DNA of 64,000 bases. It comes from a virus (taxonomy: Duplodnaviria > Heunggongvirae > Uroviricota > Caudoviricetes). The position numbers and the translations under genes are program-made. The stretch is taken from IMG/VR virus record IMGVR_UViG_3300021400_000025, positions 150,479 through 214,478 of that record; one strand, given 5' to 3'. Shown here piece after piece: positions 49,935 to 60,375 of the stretch (its first letter is position 1; each line of letters opens with the position of its first letter). The notes under the pieces were generated by a model that saw only the letters and a list, made by a program, of their open reading frames with translations, was not told the DNA's origin and ran no database searches.

Positions 49935-50210
49935 ATGAAAATCCGTTCAGACTATGTTAGCAACTCCAGTTCGTCAAGTTTCATCGTTGACAGGGAAACC
50001 CTTGTTCGGTACATTGAAAAATACGGACCACCAGAGATTGAATATTACCACAAGGAAGTGAACGGCATTGAATGCGTTGAGTTCTCTGGAGAAGACGATG
50101 AACACACCGTTGAGGGCTATGACAGCGACGAGGACTATGTGAGAAGCCTTTACGAGGACATGGGTAATCTATTTGACCCCAAAATCATTAGATGGTCAAA
50201 CGACCATTGA
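49935..50210 (+). CDS. SNSSSSSF-motif protein 6
   Basis: MKIRSDYVSNSSSSSFIVD. Confidence 0.8.
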   Translation: MKIRSDYVSNSSSSSFIVDRETLVRYIEKYGPPEIEYYHKEVNGIECVEFSGEDDEHTVEGYDSDEDYVRSLYEDMGNLFDPKIIRWSNDH

Positions 50211-50225
50211 CAGGAGAATGAACAA

Positions 50226-50714
50226 ATGAAAGTTAGAGCAGATTATGTGAGCAATTCAAGTTCCAGCTCCTTCGTAATCAAGAAGGATGCAGCGAAGGCC
50301 GCGAAGATGTTCCTTGACGATTTCGGGGACTGCATCCATGACGCATTTGACCCTTTGGGCGAGACAATGAACATTGGCGTCCGCACAGTTGGAGCATCAG
50401 AAGACGATTGGTTGGACTGGTTCAGTCCTGAGAGGTTCTGTGGGGACTACATTGATGGTCCGTACGATGGGGTCACCGACACCCATGCCGACCCCTTAAA
50501 CCCAGAGGACATAGCCGAATTGGGCTTTGAGTGCGATGACTGGGACAAGGAGTCCATGGGCAACCTTGCGTTCCTCTACAAGTATTTCAAGAAGTTTGGG
50601 TTTAGACCTGACGATTCAGATTCTGAACACGACTTCCTGGACAAGGACACATTCCTTGGAAGGATTCTGGACAGGCTGGAAGTGAAGGAGAAAATAGATG
50701 AAAATCAGAAGTGA
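50226..50714 (+). CDS. SNSSSSSF-motif protein 7
   Basis: MKVRADYVSNSSSSSFVIK. Confidence 0.8.
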   Translation: MKVRADYVSNSSSSSFVIKKDAAKAAKMFLDDFGDCIHDAFDPLGETMNIGVRTVGASEDDWLDWFSPERFCGDYIDGPYDGVTDTHADPLNPEDIAELGFECDDWDKESMGNLAFLYKYFKKFGFRPDDSDSEHDFLDKDTFLGRILDRLEVKEKIDENQK

Positions 50715-51384
50715 CTATGTGAGCAATTCAAGTTCAAGCAGCTTCGTTGTGGTTCTTCCAAAGAACTACAGGCAGGAGGATTTCATTGACGATGTTGTTC
50801 GGGCATGCTCAGACGACAGGGATGTGGTATATGACGACGAGTACATTGAGGAATTGAACAAGTTCAATCGGCGCAATCTTGACTTCTGCATGAATTCCTA
50901 CGAACTGCTCTTCATTGGGGAACTTGAAGTTGGTTGGGCCCCTGAGTGGAACGACGTTGACAAGGCAGAGGCAGTGACAATCAACTCCCAATTGATGCGA
51001 TGGAGCATCAGACACTACAAGTTCAATGAAACTGACGATAAGTATCGGAAGAAGGTTGTTGAGAACATCATGAAGTGCTGCGACAGGAAGAACAGGGACA
51101 ATCCATTTTCCCGAGATGACCACATGGGAATCTGCGAAATCACCATGAACACAATCCTGAACACGCAGGACTTGATTGCCGAGGGGAAGAAACTTGAATT
51201 GCCAAAGTGGGCTGACCTTGAGACGTTGAAGAAGCGGATCGAGGATGGGGACAGAATCTTCTGCATTGAAATGAACCAGGGTGGCGATGGTCAGGACATT
51301 GGATCAATCTACGCCTTGAATGGCTGGGATTCCAACTTTAACAAATATGCCAATGTGCAAGTTCTTGGCTCTTGGATGGGGTGA
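50698..51384 (+). CDS. SNSSSSSF-motif protein 8
   Basis: MKIRSDYVSNSSSSSFVVV. Confidence 0.8.
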   Translation: MKIRSDYVSNSSSSSFVVVLPKNYRQEDFIDDVVRACSDDRDVVYDDEYIEELNKFNRRNLDFCMNSYELLFIGELEVGWAPEWNDVDKAEAVTINSQLMRWSIRHYKFNETDDKYRKKVVENIMKCCDRKNRDNPFSRDDHMGICEITMNTILNTQDLIAEGKKLELPKWADLETLKKRIEDGDRIFCIEMNQGGDGQDIGSIYALNGWDSNFNKYANVQVLGSWMG

Positions 51385-51467
51385 TGTTCTGAACCAATTC
51401 AAAATCTAGGTGTCGTGGGGTTTTTGTTCCTTTTTACTGCCCACGGCACCTTTTCTGTTTTCTGAAT

Positions 51468-51475
51468 GGTAAATA
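51468..51475 (+). promoter_or_regulatory. Putative late promoter (T/G)GTAAATA (representative site)
   Basis: 13 copies just upstream of starts: + strand 349, 9275, 9489, 15576, 17082, 24197, 51468, 58164; - strand 17052, 18742, 24165, 45197, 45531, plus 54382 and 60377 (15 in total). Resembles the T4 late TATAAATA. Confidence 0.7.
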
Positions 51476-51511
51476 CGAAATGAGTATAATTGAGTTTAGG
51501 ACATAGCTGAC

Positions 51512-53470
51512 ATGGCGAACAACACAAACCATAGCGTATTGACTGCATCTGCTTCACCTGTTGACAGGGTGAACAAGTTGAACACGTAGGGCGCTGGACA
51601 GGCTGGATCAGAGAAAGACGATAGAATCCAGATTCTGGCGCAGAACCGAAACTTCGAGACATTCAAATCCTACACCAGCAAGATTGAGAAGATAATCGAC
51701 AAGCAGGGGATCGTCTCGCTCCAGAATCCTGGAATCTCAACTGCGTTCTTCGGCTATGTCTCCGACGAGTTCGACCACAACTACATCCCCCTCATCACCG
51801 ACAAGTGCCAGAGGTTGTGGCAGTACAGGGCAATCTCGGAATTCCCAGAATGCAACTGGTGCATCAACGAAATCGCGTCTGACTTCCTTACAGTTTCCTC
51901 GACTGGCGAGTTCATCAGATTGAACTTCTCCCCTGACATTTCGGACAAGTTGAACCAGCAACAACAGGATCTGATTCAGAAGGAGTTTGAGAACTTCATC
52001 AAGCTGTTCGACATCCGCAACAACATCGTGGATATCATCAGAACCTATGTCATCGAGGGCGAAGTCTGCTGGGAGAACATCATCAACCACGACATTCCCA
52101 CATTGGGAATCATTGGTGTGAAGAGGTTGAGGAACGACTTCTACGACATCCTCATCAACCAGGCGACAGGGGACAATTGTGGCATCTACTTTGACCTTGA
52201 CAAGTATGCACAGGAGCTTCAATACACGCTCTCTGCGTATTATTCCCAGAACTCCGCCATATTCAACACCATCTACACGAATGGCTATCGTGGATTGGAC
52301 TTCAGCTCCGCGCAGAATGTTGTTCCCTTGCTGTTCCCACAGATAACCTACTTCTCCCACGACAAGAAGTCCCCGAATGGGAGGGTGACATATTCCATAA
52401 TCGAGGGCGTGAAGCAGGCGTACTATCAGTTGGTTCTATTGCAGGACGCCGCCGTGATCATGAGGGTGACGCGGGCTCCAGTGAGGTTGCTCTTCAACAT
52501 AGCGACTGGTGGAATGGCAGACAAGGTTGCGCACGAGTACGTGAGGAAGTTCGCCCAGAAGTTGTCCGAGAAGAAAGTTGCGAAGATTGACAGGCAATCC
52601 AACAACTCCATGATTGGCAAGACCTACAATCCAAGTTCAATGCTGGACAGTTGGGTGTTTCCGAAGTCAAATGCGAACGATGGAACCACAGTCTCCACGA
52701 TTGAACAGACTGCCCAATACGACCAGATTGAAGACCTCAAGTTCTTCCTGAAGCGAATGATTAAGCAGTTCGGCGTTCCATACACAAGATGGGACAATCT
52801 TGAATCCAATTCCTATCGTGCTTCAACCGAAATCACACAGGAGGAGTTCTCCTTCTCAAAGTTGGAGCTGAACATCCAGATGAAGTTCGCAAAGGCTCTT
52901 CAGGACTCGTTCATCGTCCATTTGAAGCTGCGTGGAATATGGCAGCAGTGCCAGTTGAAGGAAAGCGACTTCTTTGTGGAGTTCACGCCACCATATGTCT
53001 ATTCCAAGTTCATCTCGAACCAGGAAATCTCCCAGAAGATGGATCTGTACGCCAAGTACGCCGACAGAGACGAGATGTCAAAGACATGGGCGCAGAAGCA
53101 CATCCTTGGCATGACTGACGCCGAGATCAACGAAATGAACCAGCTCAGGCTGTTCGATGGCATCATGGCCGCGATGGTCGAGGGCATTGGCGAGAAATAC
53201 ATGGGTGGAGAGATTGACGCCTCCCAGATAACCAAGCTGAAGACCATGACGATGGCCAGCCTTGAGGAAATACTTGCCCACAGCATATTCAACACCAACA
53301 AGATCAATGTCACAACAGCAGACGAAGAGAATGGAGAGGGTGGAGAAAATGGCGAAGGTGGAGATGAAGGTGAAGGTGAAGAAGGTGGTGGAGCAGACGA
53401 AGGAGGTGGAGAAGATGACATGGGTGGAGGCGACGAAGGTGGTGGAGCAGACGACAACCCATTCGCCTGA
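51512..53470 (+). CDS. Portal protein (T4 gp20-like), one in-frame TAG at codon 26
   Basis: YRAIS..PEC..CINEI, VIEGE, QDAAVIMRVTRAPVRLLFNI, IEDLKFF. The frame extends to ATG 51512 through TAG 51587. Confidence 0.88.
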
Positions 53471-53486
53471 TGATTGAGGGCTTGAC

Positions 53487-53717
53487 ATGCAGACGAGAAA
53501 CCAAGATCCCAGATACCGTTTCAATCCACTGTATAGAAACCACTTCAAGGAGGGGCAATTCGTCTCTGACAGAAACGCTGAACTTCCAGAACCTGTAATG
53601 TACGATGTCCAGTTTGATTAGTTTGGGGACATGGCACTGGACATGATGAATGGCTATCAGTACTCAGAACAAGAACTTGATGCCATGGTCATGGAACTGC
53701 AGGCGAAGGGTTACTGA
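53487..53717 (+). CDS. Small hypothetical protein, one in-frame TAG
   Basis: MQTRNQDPRYRFNPLYRNHF...FD*FGDMALD...; TAG 53619; absent from the code-11 track. Confidence 0.6.
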
Positions 53718-54370
53718 GGAAGTTCGTCGTCCAAAAGAATCCCTGCTCCAATGGACGCAGAGTTCCCACTTTGTGGCTCCTCATATGGATCAGGGGGCAA
53801 ATCGTTGAACTCCTCCTCGTATTGACTGGTTTCGTATTCACCTTCCCTTGAATGGCTTTGAACAGGATTCTAGTCGATGTTCCCGTCCATTTCCTCATTG
53901 AACTCTTCTTCTTCTCCATCTATTGGTTCCACGCCATATTTTGGATTCAGTTCACACATCTTGTCCAGAACCTCGGTCAATCTGTTGATTATGGATGGAT
54001 CTTTCAAGTAATATGGGAAAATGTAGTGGAGCATTTTGTGTGTGTATGAGTTCAGTGGCATGAAGTCGTCCTCTTGTGAGATGTCGCAATAGGATTCCTC
54101 TGTGAGTTCAGTCTTGAGATGATGGACATTGAACCCCTTCACCAATCGTCTTCCGGTTATATAGTCCCGATGGTTGAACATCTTCGCCATCTTGGATCTG
54201 AAGTCCTTCCATTCCCTGGATTTTCTGAACTTCTCCTTCTTGTTCTCCAATTCGCGCTTCTTGCGCTTTTTCTTTGCTCCAGATTCTGGATTCAGATTGG
54301 ACTTGTTTCTATATGCCCTTCGATTTCTCTTTCTCAAAACATGTGTCCTCTTTTTGCGATGTGCATGCAT
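53711..54370 (-). CDS. HNH endonuclease-like protein with acidic tail, one in-frame TAG
   Basis: EWKDFR....NHRDYITG...VHHL...LNSYTHK; TAG 53870; TGTAAATA upstream. Confidence 0.6.
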
Positions 54371-54494
54371 GTGCTTATATATATTTACAATTCTGTGGGG
54401 AGGTTCATGTTGGATTTTGCTGTGATGTTTTCCATGCGATTTTCGTATAATTAGATGTGATGGCAACATCAGTTCATATACAACAAGAGGATAC

Positions 54495-55292
54495 ATGAAG
54501 AAAATGAATGGTGGAATTTCAAGCATCTTCGAGGAAGGTGCATCTTTTGACAAGGACAATTTGATTTCATATTCCAAGCAGGTGAAGAATGTGTTCCATC
54601 TATGGTTGATAGACGACATAGAGGACAACAAGGCGTATTTGAAGTGGTTTGATGTGCTTCAGAACGCCACTGAGGACGATTTGGTTGTGATACACATCAA
54701 TTGCTGGGGTGGAAATCTATTCACTGCCGTGCAGATTGTGACGCAGATAAAGACATGCGCCGCGCAGGTGGTGTGCCAGATTGAATCTTCGTGCTGTTCT
54801 GCAGCCACGATAATCGCGCTTGCCTGCGATGGACTCATCTGCTATCCACATGGCTATATGATGATTCACACCTCTTCTGGATGCGCATTTGGAAAGCAGT
54901 CTGACATCAAGAAGGAGGAGGAGTTCTACAATCCTTGGCTTGCCAACTTCTTCCATGAGATATACAAGGATTTTCTTTCCAGGAAGGAGATACAGAACGT
55001 CCTGGACGGACACGACATGTGGTTGAACGCCGATGAGGTCATGTCCAGATTCCAGCACAAGGTGGATGTCATCAACAAGGCGAACGCCAAGGCGAAGAAG
55101 CAGGAGAAGGAGCATATGAAGAAGATATATTCGTTCATGTCCCAACTGCAGCACAAGGACGATGAAGTTGGGCAGAAACCATCTGAAAACGAATATACGC
55201 CACCATCCGAGGAAGAAGGTTCTTCAGGCGTGAAGGGCAAACCTGGAGGGAAGAAGAAGGGTGGCAAAAAGAGAAAGCCATCCAGCAAGTAA
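54495..55292 (+). CDS. clpP: ClpP-like serine protease
   Basis: IHINCWGG, CSAATIIAL, MMIH, DMWL.A.E. Confidence 0.8.
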   Translation: MKKMNGGISSIFEEGASFDKDNLISYSKQVKNVFHLWLIDDIEDNKAYLKWFDVLQNATEDDLVVIHINCWGGNLFTAVQIVTQIKTCAAQVVCQIESSCCSAATIIALACDGLICYPHGYMMIHTSSGCAFGKQSDIKKEEEFYNPWLANFFHEIYKDFLSRKEIQNVLDGHDMWLNADEVMSRFQHKVDVINKANAKAKKQEKEHMKKIYSFMSQLQHKDDEVGQKPSENEYTPPSEEEGSSGVKGKPGGKKKGGKKRKPSSK

Positions 55293-55335
55293 GTGATTTT
55301 CAACACGAAACAAGACAGAAAGAGGTAAAGACAAC

Positions 55336-56367
55336 ATGCAACCCCCAATTTCACATTACAAAGACGAAGACCCAGGACAGACGCAGGCGATTCTCAACCA
55401 GGAACTTGAGAAAGAGGTGTCTGAATTGAAGCATCAGAAGAAAACCACTGAACAGGGGAAAGAAGAGGAATCAACATCCACTCCTGAATTGAAGGTTCTT
55501 CCTGTGAAAAAGAGCGAAGCCAAGGCAACCAACGCATCCAACATCGTGAATGCCTTTAGGCAGAAGATGGCGAATGTGGCGACCCCAATAGATTTGCCCT
55601 CTGCAGGGATCACCGTGGAGTTCAAGGAGATTTCCACGCATGAGCAGAAGGAGCTGTCCAAGGTTGCACTGCAAAGCAATTCGAGGGCGGACATCATGTA
55701 TTGCGCCATGATTTCCCTCATAAATGAATTGGCTGTGGACAAGAAGTTCGACATCAGAGACTACACAGAGTTCGAGAGGATTCAGGTGATATTGAATCTC
55801 CAGCAGATGAACAAGATGAATCCAGAAATCAAGTACACATGCTCGCAGTGTGGAAAGGAGAACTCCTATCGTCTGGACACGATGAAGCTGCTCAGGAACT
55901 TCACCAAGACATACAAGCCCGACAATGAATTCATCATCGAGACTGGTGGTGGAAGGAAGTTCAATGTCGTTGCTGGCTGGCCGTCTTGCAGATTGGTGGA
56001 GGAGTTCTTCAAGCACTACTTCAAGAGATACGACAACCAGTCCAAGCCCATGAAGGAGAGCATGGACAACATGTCCCAGATAGAATACATGCTGATGTTC
56101 ATGAAGTCCATTTCTGTGGTGGATGGTTCCGATCCAAGCGATGTTCTCACGGCCAACCTTGAAGATTTGACCTATGGCGAAAGATGCCAAATCGTGGACA
56201 GTCTTCCACAGAACATCATGTTCGACGAGGACACTGGCGTGATTTCCCAGATAATCAAGTCATACATTGAACCCATCAACAAGGTGTTCAAGTACGCCGA
56301 TTGCCCATTCTGTGGCGCGGAGCAAGAAGGGCAAGTCGCCAATCTCTCCGACTTCATGGGTGGTTGA
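55336..56367 (+). CDS. Baseplate hub assembly protein (T4 gp26-like)
   Basis: IDLPSAG..VEFKEIST.EQKEL, CSQCG and CPFCG motifs. Confidence 0.6.
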   Translation: MQPPISHYKDEDPGQTQAILNQELEKEVSELKHQKKTTEQGKEEESTSTPELKVLPVKKSEAKATNASNIVNAFRQKMANVATPIDLPSAGITVEFKEISTHEQKELSKVALQSNSRADIMYCAMISLINELAVDKKFDIRDYTEFERIQVILNLQQMNKMNPEIKYTCSQCGKENSYRLDTMKLLRNFTKTYKPDNEFIIETGGGRKFNVVAGWPSCRLVEEFFKHYFKRYDNQSKPMKESMDNMSQIEYMLMFMKSISVVDGSDPSDVLTANLEDLTYGERCQIVDSLPQNIMFDEDTGVISQIIKSYIEPINKVFKYADCPFCGAEQEGQVANLSDFMGG

Positions 56368-57449
56368 TGAATGGACTTTTCAACAAGGGGTTTCCCTCCA
56401 ACATAATACCGGTGGTTGTGCCCAGCACTGGGATGTATATATCCCTCAGGGAGACCACAATCACCGAGTTGAAGTCCATGTCGAAGATCGTCATAGACAA
56501 CTACAGCAGACGACAGATGGACGTCATATACGATGCCACTGCCCAGTATCTTCAATCCATGATATTGACTGATGGAGTGGATGTGGGCAAGTTCACCGAG
56601 TTCGACAAGCTGTATTGTCTGATGGTCTTCTTCCAGGTGTCGTTCTATCGGGATCCAATCCAGTTCAATTGCCCCAAATGCAAAGTTGAGATAAACTATA
56701 GATACGACATGTCCAGGTATCTTGAGAAGATGAAGACCGCCTATGTGGAGAACCAGACAATTGAAATCCCCCACAAGTCCAGTGTATACACATTCGAGAT
56801 AGGCTGGCCCACGGTGGATGAGATGTCCATGTTGTACAGAGACTTCTACTCGCAGGAAGAGATAACCCCTGACATGGAGCAGACCCAATTTGGGATAGAG
56901 TTCGTCATGTCGTTCGTGAAGAAGATAGTCGTGAGGAGCGCAGGGAGCCGCGACGACATACAGGCTGAGGCGGACTTGACTGCATTGGACACCTTCAGGG
57001 AGAAGATGGAATGCATCAACGCCATTCCATCCATTGTGATGTTCGACGACGAATCTGGTGTGTTCTCCAAAATCACAGGGTATTTCATCAACAGATTGGA
57101 GAACTGCTTTTCGTTCGACAGATGCCCTCAATGCCACGCTGAGACCGAGTATGGATTGCCACAATCCTCCTTCTTCTATGGCATGTTCTATGGGACAATC
57201 AAAAGCATATTCAAGTTCATCATGCAGGTGGAATGCCTCCTTCTCTTCAGATATGATCAGGTGATATTCGACAAGGAGCAGTACATGACATACAACGACC
57301 TCTCCAATCTGATGCATCAGCTCTCGTCCACAGTGGAGAAGGACAACCAGGACAGGCAGAAGGTGGGCAGAGATCATCTGTACAAGGGGCTTTGGCTGAT
57401 ACGCGAGATATTGAACACGATGATATTCCCAGAGGACAAGAAGCACTGA
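56367..57449 (+). CDS. Baseplate hub assembly protein paralog (gp26-like)
   Basis: VVVPSTG..ISLRE.TITELK, CPKC, IGWPTV shared with the upstream paralog. Confidence 0.55.
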   Translation: MNGLFNKGFPSNIIPVVVPSTGMYISLRETTITELKSMSKIVIDNYSRRQMDVIYDATAQYLQSMILTDGVDVGKFTEFDKLYCLMVFFQVSFYRDPIQFNCPKCKVEINYRYDMSRYLEKMKTAYVENQTIEIPHKSSVYTFEIGWPTVDEMSMLYRDFYSQEEITPDMEQTQFGIEFVMSFVKKIVVRSAGSRDDIQAEADLTALDTFREKMECINAIPSIVMFDDESGVFSKITGYFINRLENCFSFDRCPQCHAETEYGLPQSSFFYGMFYGTIKSIFKFIMQVECLLLFRYDQVIFDKEQYMTYNDLSNLMHQLSSTVEKDNQDRQKVGRDHLYKGLWLIREILNTMIFPEDKKH

Positions 57450-57451
57450 TC

Positions 57452-58168
57452 ATGAAACTGACAATAGAAGACATGTTGCGGCATTCGTTCGTGATAACCA
57501 TCAACAAGGAACGCCATTCTTTGTTCAAGAGGATATTCAAGGCGCATGGTCTTGACAAGCCATGTCTCCCAAAGAAGTTCAATGGAGTTGTCGTCCACTA
57601 CAACTCCCCATAGTACAATTGTTCCCTTTCCCACAAGGCTGCGATTGAAAAGGCGAAGAAACTTGACTGGCCGTTCGTCTGCATATTCGAGGATGATGCC
57701 TATCCAATGGTTGGCGTCAAGAATGAACTTGAGAAGTACCTCTCCGAGATTCCAGACAATTGCGCAGTTCTGGTTCTGGGAAGCATATTCTGCCATGGCT
57801 CTCTTGGACTGCAGGGGAATTTCGTCAAGGGGATTCGGATATACGGCGGTCATTCCTACATTCTGTTCAAGGACTGGTACGATAAGTATCTTGAACTGTT
57901 GAAGAAATTTCCAGAGGGCGATGGTCCTCTGTACAAGACTGACAACTCAATAATCCCACTTGACCAGTTCTATGCGACTGGAAGGAATCTGTTCATCCAG
58001 TATTCCCCTGAAAATGGAATGAACAACAAGAGTGGATACATACTCTACTATTCCATGTAGAATTGGAACTGGGTAAAGTTCCCAGACGAGTATATCTTCC
58101 ACAGGGGATTTCCAAAGATTGAGGATCTTTTGGCAAAGGGCAAGAAGAAAGATGGAGATTTATTGTAA
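57452..58168 (+). CDS. Glycosyltransferase family 25, two in-frame TAG
   Basis: FVITIN..R, NSP*YNCSLSHK..IEKAK....VCIFEDDA, GGHSY, PLD; TAG 57611 splits the N-terminus from the CSLSH/FEDD motifs. Confidence 0.8.
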
Positions 58169-58176
58169 ATAAAAAC

Positions 58177-58491
58177 ATGAAAGTTTCAGATATAGTTGTT
58201 CTTCTGGAGGAAATCAAGGACTACTTGGAATACATTGGCTGTGGCGACATGTATGGCGTACTTGGTCACGATGTGGGGGGTGTGTTGAGCCATTCTGTTT
58301 TGCACAACGACCCCCAGTGCTAGTCCTTTGACGCGAATGGAAACCCAATGACTTGTCAGTTGAATGGGTCAGACAAGCAGAACGTCACTGACGTCTACAA
58401 CGACCTGAACGAAGTCATAGACAAGGGTTAGAACAAGGAGTTCGTTGAGCGAATCGACGATGCCATAAAGCACCTTGTCAGAAAAGCTTAA
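58177..58491 (+). CDS. Hypothetical protein, two in-frame TAG
   Basis: MKVSDIVVLLEEIKDYL...; TAGs 58321 and 58429; TGTAAATA at 58164. Confidence 0.6.
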
Positions 58492-60371
58492 TTCTTTGAC
58501 TTCTTGATGAAAGCGCAAATCGGCCAATGGGTCTTTGGCTCTCCCTTGTCGCCAGCGAAAACCACGAAGCAGGTCCAGACCTCCATGTTATCCTCTGGCT
58601 TCTCGTATTCAACCTCAAGATACGAGTTCGTCCATGGGAATGAGAGTCTGTTTTCGGATGCTGATTTCCATTTTTGAGTTGTGTTCTTCCCAATCAAGTC
58701 CTGCAAGTCCATGTTCAACTCCCTTTCCATGTTGTCTGGATCGTCTGGAAGTTCCTTTGATGGAACAGCTTCTGGTGGAGTTGCTGCGTCCACTTGATGG
58801 AAAGGTTGATCAGCCCAACCATTGTGCTGTCCATATACTTCGTGCTTCAACCTTATCGGCTTGAGGCAGTATGTCTCGTCATCGAATTCGGGAATTTTGT
58901 TGTATCTGCTTGCCAATAGATAAGATCTCGTTCCATCTGTCAGAACAAGATTGTCATCGTCTGCCCTGAGATATTCGATGAACTGCACGTCCTTCCCTAT
59001 CTTGGTTGACTTCTTCAATGGAGACAATTTCAACGATGAGACGTTGTTCTTCGGATCAGACACCAACGAAAGAACCATTTTCATGTCCTTGAAGATGAAC
59101 AGATTTGTTGTGGATTTCCGTGGAAGTTTCGCCTTTGCCTTGTCATCTGGCTTGTCGAAGTCGTTTACGGTGGAGTTCTTCGCGTCTCTCTGAACAGATG
59201 GATTTCCACGCTTGTTCACCTTCTGGTAGCCACCATAGACATCATCCTCGAAATCCTCGTACAGTCCTATCTTCTTGGCTGCGTTCTCCGCCGCTTGGTT
59301 GATGAGGTCAAGTTTGTCCTGCTTCTCCTTCTTGCTCTCTTGTTCCTCTGGCTCGGTCTGCCCACTTGCGATGTACGCCCTCAGATTGCACTGGTAGAGA
59401 TACTTCCTCAGAAATGGGTTCATGTAAGATTCGTTGGTGATGGTTTCCTCAATGTGGACGATTTCGTACTTCTGGTTGTAGATTTCCTCTGTTCCATCCT
59501 TGCCTGGCACAGGAACATCAATCAAGTCCCCAACCTCTGGCTTCACCTTGTCTATGTACTTCCCAATGACGGTTGTGTCATGGTAGATTACGCCACCACG
59601 GATTCCACCCATTATCCTTATGCAGCCATGCTTGTCAACTTGAACCGATGTGACTTCAAGGTGGAGATGCGCTTCAACCATATCGTCCTCGAATGGATCG
59701 TAGTGGTCTCCCTTGTAGAGCAATGGATTTATGCGTCCAGTGTCGATCTTCAACTTGCCATGGTCAATCACCTGGCATGGTATCGTTATTGGCAATGGAG
59801 AGGCAATCTCCTGGCAATTGTCCGGAAGAAGCAATGTATTCAAAGTCCTGTCGTCAACAATGGCTCTCAATGTCCCATCGAACAGGTCCGTCTTGAAGTC
59901 GATGACTATGTTGTTCTGGTTCTCAACCAAGTCCCTGTCGGAAGTGAAGTCAATGATGAACTCTGAATTTCCAACAACCTTGTATTCGCGCCACTATGAC
60001 AGTTTCTTCGCAAGGGCTATGGCGAAATCCGTCTGGTCGAGCCACATTGTCATGTTGGAATCTGGCTGCACGCCATAGGCGTTCAAGATTATGGAATCGT
60101 TGTCCCATTTGAGGAACGCAATCATTCTCACCGGATCCTCCCATTCCTGGACATATCCCTCGCCATAGGCATGCACCGCTAGCGCATTGCTGTCAAGTAT
60201 GGGCTTGAACACGTCTGGGTATGGGGTCTTCAACTTGAAGAAGCGGATGTCGGTCCCATAGGCCCTTATCATGTCTGAGACGTAATTTTCATGGACAATG
60301 GATTCAGCATACACGTTCTGCATGCTGCCAATTCTCAGTCCATTTGGTTCTCTGTCCTATATGATTGCCAT
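58488..60371 (-). CDS. Neck/head-completion protein (T4 gp14-like) with C-terminal extension, two in-frame TAG
   Basis: MIRAYGTDIRF, AYGE, LNAYG.Q.D, KPEVGDLI, YEIVHIEE, NPFL; TAGs at codon 5 (60357) and 59994. Confidence 0.7.
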
Positions 60372-60375
60372 GAAA

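Noticed and set aside
47372-51384. SNSSSSSF array as an integron-like cassette array, CRISPR or DGR
   Set aside because: The DNA of the repeated N-terminus is synonymously diverged, genes are tightly coupled with no attC-like spacers, and there is no integrase, cas or reverse transcriptase in the window.
1720-60371. TAG-interrupted genes as pseudogenes
   Set aside because: Essential genes (portal, neck, tail tube) are affected, every interruption is TAG and never TAA/TGA, and reading frames are otherwise intact.
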